NCBI GenBank assembly: GCA_964525315.1
Contig: CAZGGJ010000004.1
Location: forward strand, 5,675-69,674
DNA: 64,000 nt
DNA from: an uncultured Candidatus Saccharibacteria bacterium
GTDB lineage: Bacteria; Patescibacteriota; Saccharimonadia; Saccharimonadales; Saccharimonadaceae
Direction of reading: 5' to 3'
Position numbers and translations under genes: made by a program. Positions 27,584-36,108 of the stretch are shown piece by piece. Each line of letters starts with the position of its first letter. Within the stretch, counting starts at the first letter, position 1. The notes below the pieces were generated by a model. It did not search any database and had not been told where the DNA came from. It saw only the letters and a program-made list of their open reading frames with translations.

Positions 27584-30538
27584 ATGAGTATAGCGGCAAG
27601 GCGCATGCAACGAGTAGTTCAGGTGGGGGCGAACGCACCTTCACTATATACTTTTGGGTTTGAAGCTGGTGCGGTAGGCGCGACGGTTGCTGGAGGGCAG
27701 GCTGCTAGCGGTGACACGCCATGGACGGCAGTGGGTATTGGCGCTGGCGCAAGCATGACGTACGATGCGGTGCGTGCTGCACATGGGACAACGTCTGGCA
27801 AGCTGGTCCCAGCAGCCAGTTCAGTGACAGCTCGCTGGACGACCCCCAGCGCGATACAAGGGGCATTTCGCTACTATGTGTGGTGGCCAAGTAACCCAAC
27901 TGAGGATACGATTGTGGCATGGTTTGGTAGTGATGCGACGAACAAGTTGTTTCACGTCACACTAGGTAGTACTGGTGCCCTCCGCGGCTATATTTCGGGG
28001 CAAGTAAACTCGATATTCTCATCAGGCAATGATGATTTGCCACTGAATACTTGGGTACGCATCGAATGCGCGTTTAGCGTCAATGCCGACGACCCAGCCA
28101 ATGGTGCTGTGCGACTCGCGATGTATAGAGGTGAGTCGACGAATGCGGAAGTTGATTCTGGATGGCTGGGTGCAGACCTTGGCGCACTGCCGCTGACATT
28201 TGTGCGCGTCGGCAAGTATGATGCTGCTGGTAACACGACGACGCATTGGTTTGACTCGGTAGCCTACAAGCCGGGAGCGCTTGACCTACTGGGGCCGACA
28301 TCGTCTGGCGGCAATAGCGCGCCGGTAGCCAATGCCGGGCCAGACCAGTCAGTTGCTACTGGTGCGACGGTGGTGCTCAACGGTGCTGGGTCGTACGATA
28401 GCGACGGCACGATTAGCAGCTACAGTTGGGCGCAGACGGCCGGCACTGCCGTCACACTGACGAACGCCGCATCGGCGAATCCTTCATTTACGGCACCAGC
28501 GAGCGCCAGTACGCTAACGTTCTCGCTAACCGTCACTGATAATGACGGCGCCACCAGCACGGCCGATACCGTGTCGATTGCCGTGACGCCAGCAAGTAGT
28601 TTTGTGCGCCAATCTACCTTGGCCGGCTCCGCGGCGGTTGGGTCGCGCAGCTACACTATCCCCGGCGCCAATACTGTGTTTGTGGCCACAACTGGCAATG
28701 ACACGAGTGGTAATGGCACCGTCGGTAGTCCCTATCAGACGCTCAAAAAAGCCGCCAGTGTGGCCCCGGCCAATAGCACCATTATTATGCGCGCCGGCGA
28801 GTACCACGAAGGTGGTGTGTGGTGGCGAGCCGAAGATGCGACGGCACAGGGCAACACCACACTCGGTGGCATCATGTTTGCAAATAACGGTGTGACCGTC
28901 CAGAACTATCCAGGCGAAACTGTCTGGTTCGATGGCTCGGTAGTGGTGAGCGGCTGGACATTTGACGGCACTAACTGGCGCAAGCCGTTTGTGACTAAGT
29001 TTGACCACACGCAGACGCATACGCGTGGTCAAGATTCCTCAAGCTGGCCAGGCGGCGGGAGTTTTGTTCCAACCGCCTACCCGAATGCGGCCGACCCAGA
29101 GCAAGTCTTCTATGACGGCACACAGTTGACGCAGGTAAGCGGCGTGGGCAATCTTGGGCCGGGTAAGTTCTGTGTCGAAGGCGCGATGTATGGCGGCAGC
29201 AGCGTCGATAAAAATGTCTTCGTCACCACCAACTATGTCATGCGCGACAATCCGACCGGTCACCAGGTGCGAATTTCCAAACTTAGCCGGCTCGCGACTG
29301 TCACAAAGGCCAATATCACCATTCGCGGCATTGGCATCCGCCGCTATGCGCCGGCGCTCGTTGATTTTGGTGCGCTGTACGTGAGCGGTCCGACTGGTAC
29401 AAGCGGCTTCACGATGGAGCATTGTATCATCGAGGATATCTCCGTGCTGGGTGTCAACCAAGGAGCCGCCGCTGCCACCTATCGCTACCTGACCGTGCAG
29501 CGCTGCGGCCAAGAAGGACTAGCGCCCAAGCGGCAGTCTGACGGCTCACTTATCGAATATTGCTTGTTCGACAAAAACGTCTACACCCGTTTCAACTACG
29601 GTCCCGATGCTGGGGCTGTCAAGCTTGACCGCGTATGGAACTACACGATTCGTCACAACCGCTTCGTCGATACGTATGGCCATGCGCTCTGGTTTGACCA
29701 ATCGTGCTACCTAAATAACATCTATGGCAATGACTTTATCCGCAGCTATGGCCACGGTATCGCCTACGAAATTGGTGCCAAAGCCTATATCGTCGATAAT
29801 TACTTCGAAGATATCGGCCTTAACTCCGACATCCGAACCCCGCAAACCTGCAACCCTATTTGGTTAAGCGGCTCGAACAATTGCCAGGTATGGAACAACA
29901 CGGTTGTGAACTCAGAGATTCTGGTCAAAATAGCGCAGGACTACCGTACGCCGACCGCACCTAACGCGATTGACCGCTATGGCCGTGATGATGCTCGACC
30001 GGCAGCATTCTACGATGGCAGCAACCCATCGTACGAGCACAACGGACAGATGACCTGGACAGTGACGAATGTCGTCGTCAAAAACAACATTCTGTATAAT
30101 CCGACTGGCATGAATGATGTTTCATCCGTCTTTGTCAGCTTGCTGGATGATGCCAATGGCGTGCTGCGCACCAAGCGTAATACCATCGACTTCGGCATCC
30201 ACACGGGCGGCAACCTGTACAATCGCCTTAGTTCATCCGGGACGCCACGCTTTGCCAATGGGGTCACGGCTAGCGGTGGGGTAGAAATCTACAGCAATAT
30301 GACCGGCAATGCCACGCTCTATCCTGGTGGCGCAAGCGCCCCATCATGGAAGACTATCACTGGAGAAGCCGGTTCAGTCTTCGTCGACAACAGCGATGCC
30401 ACCACGACCAGCAGCTATCCATATACCGTCAAACCAGCCGTTCTGTCTACCATCACCCCGCAGCCGCTCGACAGCATCACTGCGGGCCGTACCGAACGCA
30501 CGCCGGGCCAGACTCATGTCGGTGCGTGGCTGGAATAA
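27584..30538 (+). CDS. giant ARRL-tagged protein, tandem paralog of 24688..27540 (lectin-like + PKD-like + beta-helix)
   Basis: 984-aa ORF. The first about 90 nt are nearly identical to those of 24688 (MSIAARRMQRVVQVGA.APS.YTFGF.AG). It has the same domain order, with the PKD-like segment PVANAGPDQSVATGATVVLNGAGSYDSDGTISSYSWAQTAGTAVTL. Confidence 0.7.
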   Translation: MSIAARRMQRVVQVGANAPSLYTFGFEAGAVGATVAGGQAASGDTPWTAVGIGAGASMTYDAVRAAHGTTSGKLVPAASSVTARWTTPSAIQGAFRYYVWWPSNPTEDTIVAWFGSDATNKLFHVTLGSTGALRGYISGQVNSIFSSGNDDLPLNTWVRIECAFSVNADDPANGAVRLAMYRGESTNAEVDSGWLGADLGALPLTFVRVGKYDAAGNTTTHWFDSVAYKPGALDLLGPTSSGGNSAPVANAGPDQSVATGATVVLNGAGSYDSDGTISSYSWAQTAGTAVTLTNAASANPSFTAPASASTLTFSLTVTDNDGATSTADTVSIAVTPASSFVRQSTLAGSAAVGSRSYTIPGANTVFVATTGNDTSGNGTVGSPYQTLKKAASVAPANSTIIMRAGEYHEGGVWWRAEDATAQGNTTLGGIMFANNGVTVQNYPGETVWFDGSVVVSGWTFDGTNWRKPFVTKFDHTQTHTRGQDSSSWPGGGSFVPTAYPNAADPEQVFYDGTQLTQVSGVGNLGPGKFCVEGAMYGGSSVDKNVFVTTNYVMRDNPTGHQVRISKLSRLATVTKANITIRGIGIRRYAPALVDFGALYVSGPTGTSGFTMEHCIIEDISVLGVNQGAAAATYRYLTVQRCGQEGLAPKRQSDGSLIEYCLFDKNVYTRFNYGPDAGAVKLDRVWNYTIRHNRFVDTYGHALWFDQSCYLNNIYGNDFIRSYGHGIAYEIGAKAYIVDNYFEDIGLNSDIRTPQTCNPIWLSGSNNCQVWNNTVVNSEILVKIAQDYRTPTAPNAIDRYGRDDARPAAFYDGSNPSYEHNGQMTWTVTNVVVKNNILYNPTGMNDVSSVFVSLLDDANGVLRTKRNTIDFGIHTGGNLYNRLSSSGTPRFANGVTASGGVEIYSNMTGNATLYPGGASAPSWKTITGEAGSVFVDNSDATTTSSYPYTVKPAVLSTITPQPLDSITAGRTERTPGQTHVGAWLE

Positions 30539-30682
30539 TTCACATATCAGTACGGTCTAGTGGTTGTTTTACGCTGTGAGCCGCGAAGATATAGAAGGCA
30601 AATAACTCCTCCAGACCATGTGAGAATGCCGTTAAGTGTAGGAAACAATTCCTGAAAATACATGTAAATTTGGGAATGGTTA

Positions 30683-30691
30683 TGGTATACT
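30683..30691 (+). promoter_or_regulatory. extended -10 (TGGTATACT) 6 nt upstream of ATG 30698; candidate leaderless promoter
   Basis: TGG is at 30683-30685 and TATACT at 30686-30691. Confidence 0.45.
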
Positions 30692-30697
30692 ACTAGC

Positions 30698-31846
30698 ATG
30701 GCAGAATACGAACGAACTATTGAAAAACGCATAAACAATACCTTGTTTGATAAAGGTATGATTACCGTGCTATACGGTGCGCGCCAGGTAGGCAAAACGA
30801 CTTTGGCTAAAAAGCTATTGCGTCGACACCATTCAATTGAGGGCTATTACAACTGCGAGCTGCAGGCGGTAGCAGATGTATTTGCGACACGCAACCCCGA
30901 GGCAATGCACGATGAGTTTGGTGGGCGTAAGCTGGTCGTATTTGACGAGGCACAGACCATACCGGATATCGGGCGCAAGCTAAAGCTACTCATCGATGCC
31001 TACCCTGATATGGCGATTATTGCGACTGGTTCGAGCTCGTTTGAGCTAGCCAATCATGTGAATGAGCCGTTGACCGGGCGGCATTACGAATACTTCCTGT
31101 CGCCGCTTGCTACTGAAGAAATGCTGGCACTGGGCACCAAGACCGACATCAAAAACGACCTGCCCACCCGCCTGATATATGGCAACTACCCGGCAATCTA
31201 TGCGGCCAAGAATAATGACGAGGCTCGCCAAAAACTGGAGCTGCTGGCGACGAGCTACTTGTACCGCGATGTTTTGCGGTTTGGGGCAGTGCTGAACTCT
31301 GAAGTGTTAATGAATGTACTGAAGGCGCTGGCGCACCAGGTGGGCGGCGAGGTGTCGTATAACGAAATCGCTAGCTTGGTGGGGATTGACCGCAAGACAG
31401 TCATGAGCTACGTAGGGCTTTTGGAGCAGGCGTTTATTATCTTCCGTTTAACGCCGTACACCACCCGCGCTCGTGATGAAATTAAGAAGCTACGCAAAGT
31501 ATATTTTTATGACAACGGCATATTGAACGCTCTGACAGGTAACTTTACCGGTGTGGAATCTGGCAGGGATATGGGCGGACTGTGGGAAAACTATATGGTG
31601 AGCGAGCGGGTGAAGTACCAGCGGAACCACTTGCTGTACCGCAAAAATTATTACTGGCGCAAGCGCTCTGGTGCCGAGGTAGACCTGGTAGAGGAATACG
31701 ATGGTAAACTGGTGCCATATGAGTTTAAATTTGCTAAAAGCGAGGCAAGCAGAGGGGCGTTTAGCTTTGTAGAGCAGTATGAACCCAAAGGCGGACAGGC
31801 GGTACAGGTGATAAATAAGGACAATTTTATACAGTTTTTGGCATGA
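30698..31846 (+). CDS. AAA-type ATPase of the DUF4143-containing family
   Basis: 382-aa ORF. Walker A is GARQVGKTTL and Walker B is LVVFDEAQ. The overall layout is typical of the ATP-binding protein plus DUF4143 family. Visibly lower GC than its neighbours. Confidence 0.7.
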   Translation: MAEYERTIEKRINNTLFDKGMITVLYGARQVGKTTLAKKLLRRHHSIEGYYNCELQAVADVFATRNPEAMHDEFGGRKLVVFDEAQTIPDIGRKLKLLIDAYPDMAIIATGSSSFELANHVNEPLTGRHYEYFLSPLATEEMLALGTKTDIKNDLPTRLIYGNYPAIYAAKNNDEARQKLELLATSYLYRDVLRFGAVLNSEVLMNVLKALAHQVGGEVSYNEIASLVGIDRKTVMSYVGLLEQAFIIFRLTPYTTRARDEIKKLRKVYFYDNGILNALTGNFTGVESGRDMGGLWENYMVSERVKYQRNHLLYRKNYYWRKRSGAEVDLVEEYDGKLVPYEFKFAKSEASRGAFSFVEQYEPKGGQAVQVINKDNFIQFLA

Positions 31847-31914
31847 TAATTTGGGATTTGAATCCTGAATTATCAGTCTACTGAATGTGCAGCCATGGAA
31901 GAATCTAGCCAGCC

Positions 31915-32772
31915 TTACAGCGCCGAAAGCGGCTTATACCATATCCAATCGACTGACATTTGCGCCGGGAAGTCGCTGGCTTGTGGAGCCGGTAGCCAGC
32001 TAGGTGCAACAGCAAAATTGGTAATGTAGTACATCGGCTGCTGGAAGTGCTGGTTCCAGATACCTGGCGCCATATCCGAGGGACCCCAGTCGCCAATCTG
32101 AATCTGGTCGACACCGACCCGGATACGGTCGGGCTCCCATAGCAACCAGTAGGTGCGATAACCCAGGTTTGAGTCGGTACTATTCACATCGTTATCGAGG
32201 TCGTTGCCATTATTGTTAGTGTACATATGGCTCGCGTAGTTCGACGAGTTGCCGAATTGCTCTATAATGTCGAACTCGGCGTAGTAGTCGCTAGTATTGT
32301 AGCCAACAAGCAGCATCCAAAACGCCGGAAACCAAGCACGGCCGACGCTGCCCTGCGACCGCGGCATCTTGATGCGTGCCGCACACCAGCCGTACTGCAT
32401 GGCAAAGCGCTGGCGCGAAGTGAAGCGGCCTGAGTAGATAGTGCTGCCGGGCCGCGTGGCCTCCATGACTGCATGACCGCTGCCGTCGAGATACATATTG
32501 GCGTCCTGATACACCTGCGTGCCGCCTTGGTTGATGGTATCGCGCTGCCACAAGCGGTTGTCGAGAGTGGTACCGTCGAAGTGGTCCCATACTTCGTTGG
32601 TTGCAAGGCGCGTATAGTCAAATTGACCGGAAGTGCCGACCATCGGGCCGTCAGGGGCAGGGGACGTGCCGGTGGGTGGGCTGGCCAGCATCAGCGCCGG
32701 GAGCGGGTCGCCGGAAGAACCGCCATTTGGCGGCCGCGAACCTTGCTGAAGCCGTCTCGCAAACCTGCTCAT
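31915..32772 (-). CDS. glycoside hydrolase family 16-like (beta-glucanase fold) with ARRL tag
   Basis: 285-aa ORF and the only island gene on the minus strand. N-terminus is MSRFARRLQQG. The GH16 catalytic motif E-x-D-x-x-E is present as AEFDIIEQ, and a WPAFWML block is also present. Confidence 0.65.
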   Translation of the reverse strand: MSRFARRLQQGSRPPNGGSSGDPLPALMLASPPTGTSPAPDGPMVGTSGQFDYTRLATNEVWDHFDGTTLDNRLWQRDTINQGGTQVYQDANMYLDGSGHAVMEATRPGSTIYSGRFTSRQRFAMQYGWCAARIKMPRSQGSVGRAWFPAFWMLLVGYNTSDYYAEFDIIEQFGNSSNYASHMYTNNNGNDLDNDVNSTDSNLGYRTYWLLWEPDRIRVGVDQIQIGDWGPSDMAPGIWNQHFQQPMYYITNFAVAPSWLPAPQASDFPAQMSVDWIWYKPLSAL

Positions 32773-32807
32773 CGCCTTACCCTATTTCCCTCAGTAGTAT
32801 TAGTTCA

Positions 32808-32836
32808 AGTATAGTCAGCGCACAGTGAAAACACAA
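32808..32836 (-). promoter_or_regulatory. candidate promoter for the GH16 gene (TTGTGT-17-TATACT on the minus strand)
   Basis: Plus-strand ACACAA is at 32831-32836 and AGTATA at 32808-32813. The box lies about 35 nt upstream of the ATG at 32772. Confidence 0.35.
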
Positions 32837-32940
32837 GGTGCGATTCCGGGGTCTACAGATTCCCTCCATTTCCTTATGTGAGCGGGCACCATTTACGAGA
32901 GCCATCGAAACACGTCTTGATTGTCGCTACTATTTGTTGC

Positions 32941-32971
32941 TTGACAACCCCGCTAGGGGGGGGGGTACCAT
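32941..32971 (+). promoter_or_regulatory. poly-G spacer promoter P5: TTGACA-9nt-G10-TACCAT (spacer 19)
   Basis: TTGACA is at 32941-32946, the G10 run at 32956-32965 and TACCAT at 32966-32971. The spacer prefix ACCCCGC is the same as in P1. Confidence 0.65.
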
Positions 32972-33020
32972 AGGAGTAAACAAGCACTAGCAACATATAT
33001 CCATGGAGTAACCAACTATC

Positions 33021-34031
33021 ATGCCAAGACTACCCCACCCAGGCGGAGACAAAGGTAACTGGGGAGCCATCCTCAACGACTACCTCTCCGTCACTCACAA
33101 CCCAGACGGCACCCTCAAGCCACACTCAGTATCCGAGTCCGCCCTTGACCCATCCACCCAAGCCAAACTTAACTCAGGTGGCGGTACCCAAGGCGCCACT
33201 GGTCCAGCTGGCCCTCAAGGTCCTCAGGGTCCTCAAGGCCTAGCTGGTGCTCCGGGAACCAGCGGTACCAATGGTCAACCCGGTGCTACCGGAGCCGTCG
33301 GTGCCACAGGACCGCAAGGTCCTGCTGGCACCCAAGGCCCCAGCGGAGCCAGTGGTACTCCCGGTCAACCAGGAGCCACCGGCCCACAAGGTCCCCAAGG
33401 CTCCACTGGCCCCAAAGGTGACAATGGTCAAGACGGTGCAGACGGCACCAGTGTCACCATCACTGGCAGCGTGGCCAATGCTGCAGCCCTTCCCACTGGC
33501 CTGACACCTGCTGATGCCGGCAAAGGCTGGATTACCAACGACGATGGTCATCTCCATGTCTGGAGTGGTACTGCCTTCACAGACGTTGGTACGGTACGTG
33601 GTCCGCAAGGACCAACAGGACCGCAAGGCACCCAAGGAACACCAGGGACAGCTGGCAATACAGGTGCAACAGGCCCTGCCGGAAATGATGGCAGTACTGG
33701 AGCTACCGGCGCTCAAGGTGCCACTGGCCCTCAAGGCACCGCCGGCACCAACGGCCAACCTGGTGCCACAGGCCCTCAAGGTCCGGCTGGTGCCACCGGC
33801 CCCACAGGGACAAGTGGTACGAATGGCCAATCTGGTGCTACTGGGCCGCAAGGAGCGACGGGACCTGCCGGTTCGACGACCATCGGAGGAATTACTGGTC
33901 TCCAGGACGAACTGGATAGCAAGATTACCGGCCTCAATGGTGCGCTTGCGCTGTGGATGGGCACACAGGGCGATTACGACAACCTTGGGTCGTACGATAG
34001 CACGACACTCTATGTTATAAGTGGTACATAG
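33021..34031 (+). CDS. collagen-like fibre protein (medium form)
   Basis: 336-aa ORF. N-terminus is [23 protein letters not shown]. Two Gly-X-Y blocks are separated by the same insert as in the 10321 product (GTSVTITGSVANAAALPTGLTPADAGKGWITNDDGHLHVWSG). Confidence 0.8.
   Translation: MPRLPHPGGDKGNWGAILNDYLSVTHNPDGTLKPHSVSESALDPSTQAKLNSGGGTQGATGPAGPQGPQGPQGLAGAPGTSGTNGQPGATGAVGATGPQGPAGTQGPSGASGTPGQPGATGPQGPQGSTGPKGDNGQDGADGTSVTITGSVANAAALPTGLTPADAGKGWITNDDGHLHVWSGTAFTDVGTVRGPQGPTGPQGTQGTPGTAGNTGATGPAGNDGSTGATGAQGATGPQGTAGTNGQPGATGPQGPAGATGPTGTSGTNGQSGATGPQGATGPAGSTTIGGITGLQDELDSKITGLNGALALWMGTQGDYDNLGSYDSTTLYVISGT
33183..33872 (+). repeat. Gly-X-Y triplet-repeat coding region (two blocks)
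   Basis: Triplet periodicity. ORFs 33240..33851(-), 33514..34020(+) and similar are artefacts of this repeat. Confidence 0.85.
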
Positions 34032-34051
34032 GACAGGAAGGAACGTATTTC

Positions 34052-34495
34052 ATGAGTCAATTTGCCCGCCGCGCCCAGCGCGCTTCACCGCCACAAGGCG
34101 CACGCCTCTATATCACTCCGGCATCCGGGTCGTATAGCAATGGCAGTACTGTCACTGTCACAATCATGGAAAACAGCTACGCGGATGCAGTCAACGCCGT
34201 CCAAGCAAACTTGACCTACCCAACCAACCGCTTGACCTTCCAGTCGATTAGCACCACGAATAGTAATTTCACAACCACTATCCAAAGCGAAGGTGGCAGC
34301 GGTACGGTGCAGGTCGGCGTCGGCTTGCTTGGCAATACGCTTACTGGAGCGCAAGAAGTTGCTCGTGTTACCTTCACGGCAAACGGCACTGGCTCGGCAG
34401 CCATCAGTTTCGCGGCGGGTTCCGGTATTGCGCGCGCGAGCGACTCGACTGATATCTGCCAGCAACAAAGCGGAGCTACCTATACCATTACGTAG
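34052..34495 (+). CDS. single cohesin-like domain protein with ARRL-type tag
   Basis: 147-aa ORF. N-terminus is MSQFARRAQRA. The pattern LYITPASGSYSNGSTVTVTI....VNAVQANLTYPTNRLTFQSI....GTVQVGVG.....EVARVTFTANGTGSAAISF fits a cohesin-type beta-sandwich. Confidence 0.45.
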   Translation: MSQFARRAQRASPPQGARLYITPASGSYSNGSTVTVTIMENSYADAVNAVQANLTYPTNRLTFQSISTTNSNFTTTIQSEGGSGTVQVGVGLLGNTLTGAQEVARVTFTANGTGSAAISFAAGSGIARASDSTDICQQQSGATYTIT

Positions 34496-34518
34496 GTCGC
34501 TTCAGACTGATATTCATT

Positions 34519-35319
34519 ATGAAAAATCATCGATTTATCCCTACACTCGCTCCGCACCATATTCCGCTATTTGTCATTTTGCTGGCGGCTGTTTGCTTGT
34601 CGATAGGGCTCGTACTGACACTCATGCAAAAGGACGCACCAGCCTCATCAGGCAACATTTACTTATCGAAGGCGAGCGTGGCAGCACAAAAGGACCAAGA
34701 AGCGCGCTTCGACGTACGTATTACCCCAGGGGCGCATATCGATACCGTGACCGCTACTGCCAAGTACGATAAGAGCAAGCTCGCCTTCAAGTCGGCTGTA
34801 TATACTGATTCGCCGTTTACGTCTCAGATTCCCGCTACCGACCAGGACGGCCAGGTAACAGTACAGACTGCCAAACTAGGCGGCCAGACTGTCGACAGTG
34901 ATGCGTTTGTCGCGACACTTGTCTTTACGTCGCTGACTGCCGGCACCCAAACGCTTGAGCTTACTGATGGCAACGCTGCCAAAGCGGGAACAGCCACCAA
35001 TCCGACTATCAGCGGCAAAACAATCGCTCGCTCAACCAGCCAATCGACGAGCGGTGCGAGTCAGTCGAGCGCAAATGCTGGTGAGGCTGCTGATGAACCC
35101 AAGGATACTTCTATCATTGACGCAGCTTCGCAGCCGATAGTCGCAGTCTTGAAGGCAGTGGGTGTTGCACCGCAGACTGCGCAGCGCGCAGCGCCATGGG
35201 TGGGCGGACTGTTCCTGTGTGCGCTATTGGTAGCAGTAGTGATAGGTATACGGATACTTCGCAGTAAAAAAGGAAACAAGAAAAAGGAGATTTCTCATGG
35301 CCCTACGCCTCTTTCGTAA
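34519..35319 (+). CDS. membrane-anchored cohesin-like domain protein
   Basis: 266-aa ORF. It has an N-terminal TM (IPLFVILLAAVCLSIGLVLTL), a cohesin-like core (ARFDVRITPGAHIDTVTATAKYDKSKLAFKS...FVATLVFTSLTAGTQTLEL), a Ser/Ala-rich linker, and a C-terminal TM plus KKGNKKK tail. Confidence 0.45.
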   Translation: MKNHRFIPTLAPHHIPLFVILLAAVCLSIGLVLTLMQKDAPASSGNIYLSKASVAAQKDQEARFDVRITPGAHIDTVTATAKYDKSKLAFKSAVYTDSPFTSQIPATDQDGQVTVQTAKLGGQTVDSDAFVATLVFTSLTAGTQTLELTDGNAAKAGTATNPTISGKTIARSTSQSTSGASQSSANAGEAADEPKDTSIIDAASQPIVAVLKAVGVAPQTAQRAAPWVGGLFLCALLVAVVIGIRILRSKKGNKKKEISHGPTPLS

Positions 35320-35962
35320 TACACGTACTATCTTTGTGGCGGCACTTTTCGCGGTGGCAAGCATTGTCGCTGTCAGCCCGGCACCGACGGCTAGCGCTGC
35401 TGCCTGTACGCCGCCCGGAACCGACTACGGCACCGTCACCTATACGGCGTCTATCGGCACTACTGGTACATACCGCATGTGGGTACGTATGTCAGCGCCG
35501 AGCTCATCGGTCAATACCGTGATGCTAGATGTCGATAGCAACACTTGCTACACTGTCGGCGGCTCGACCGTGCCTGTCTATGCGAATGGTGCATCGACCT
35601 ACTTTTTGAGCAACACCACCAATTGGCTCAACCGCACCTCTGGCGGCGCAACGATTAGCCAGAACCTCACTGCCGGCTCGCATACCTTCAAGCTTATCGG
35701 CACCGGCGAGGGAGTGGTGGTTGACCGTGTCATTATTACTGCTGACGATACCTGCGTTCCGACGGGTACTGGCAACAACTGTGCTATGATTTACTTCGCG
35801 CCCGATATCGACATGAACGGCAAGGTCGACTTCCTCGACTTCAGCCGGCTCGCCAGCAAGTACAACCAAACCGGCAGCTCACTAGGCCGCGCCGACGTCA
35901 ACAATGACGGTACCGTCAACTTCCTCGACTATAGCGCGCTTGCTAGTAAGTACGGCCAGTAA
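35297..35962 (+). CDS. secreted carbohydrate-binding-module-like protein with C-terminal type I dockerin
   Basis: 221-aa ORF with RBS AAGGAG at 35283-35288. The signal peptide ends ..APTASAAA. The dockerin duplicated Ca-binding repeats are DIDMNGKVDFLDFSRLASKY and DVNNDGTVNFLDYSALASKY. Confidence 0.65.
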   Translation: MALRLFRNTRTIFVAALFAVASIVAVSPAPTASAAACTPPGTDYGTVTYTASIGTTGTYRMWVRMSAPSSSVNTVMLDVDSNTCYTVGGSTVPVYANGASTYFLSNTTNWLNRTSGGATISQNLTAGSHTFKLIGTGEGVVVDRVIITADDTCVPTGTGNNCAMIYFAPDIDMNGKVDFLDFSRLASKYNQTGSSLGRADVNNDGTVNFLDYSALASKYGQ

Positions 35963-35985
35963 CGCTATTTATTCAGTGCTACAGA

Positions 35986-36014
35986 ACCCGCCCCAGTCTT
36001 ACGGGGCGGGTTTG
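35986..36014 (+). terminator. rho-independent terminator
   Basis: Perfect 9-bp GC-rich stem (ACCCGCCCC 35986-35994 / GGGGCGGGT 36003-36011) with an 8-nt loop, followed by TTT. It lies 24 nt after the stop of the dockerin gene. Confidence 0.7.
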
Positions 36015-36052
36015 CTATGTTGATACGAGAGTGATTACGAGCATCGGCGGCC

Positions 36053-36084
36053 TTGACAACTCCCCTTGGGGGGGGGGGTACCAT
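36053..36084 (+). promoter_or_regulatory. poly-G spacer promoter P6: TTGACA-9nt-G11-TACCAT (spacer 20)
   Basis: TTGACA is at 36053-36058, the G11 run at 36068-36078 and TACCAT at 36079-36084. The leader is AGGGAGTAACCATTAGC. Confidence 0.65.
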
Positions 36085-36108
36085 AGGGAGTAACCATTAG
36101 CAAGTAAA

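Noticed and set aside
6771-33872. Regular short repeats that might be mistaken for a CRISPR array or a diversity-generating retroelement target.
   Set aside because: The periodicity is 9 nt or less (codon triplets) inside ORFs, with no repeat-spacer structure, no cas genes, no reverse transcriptase and no template/variable repeat pair.
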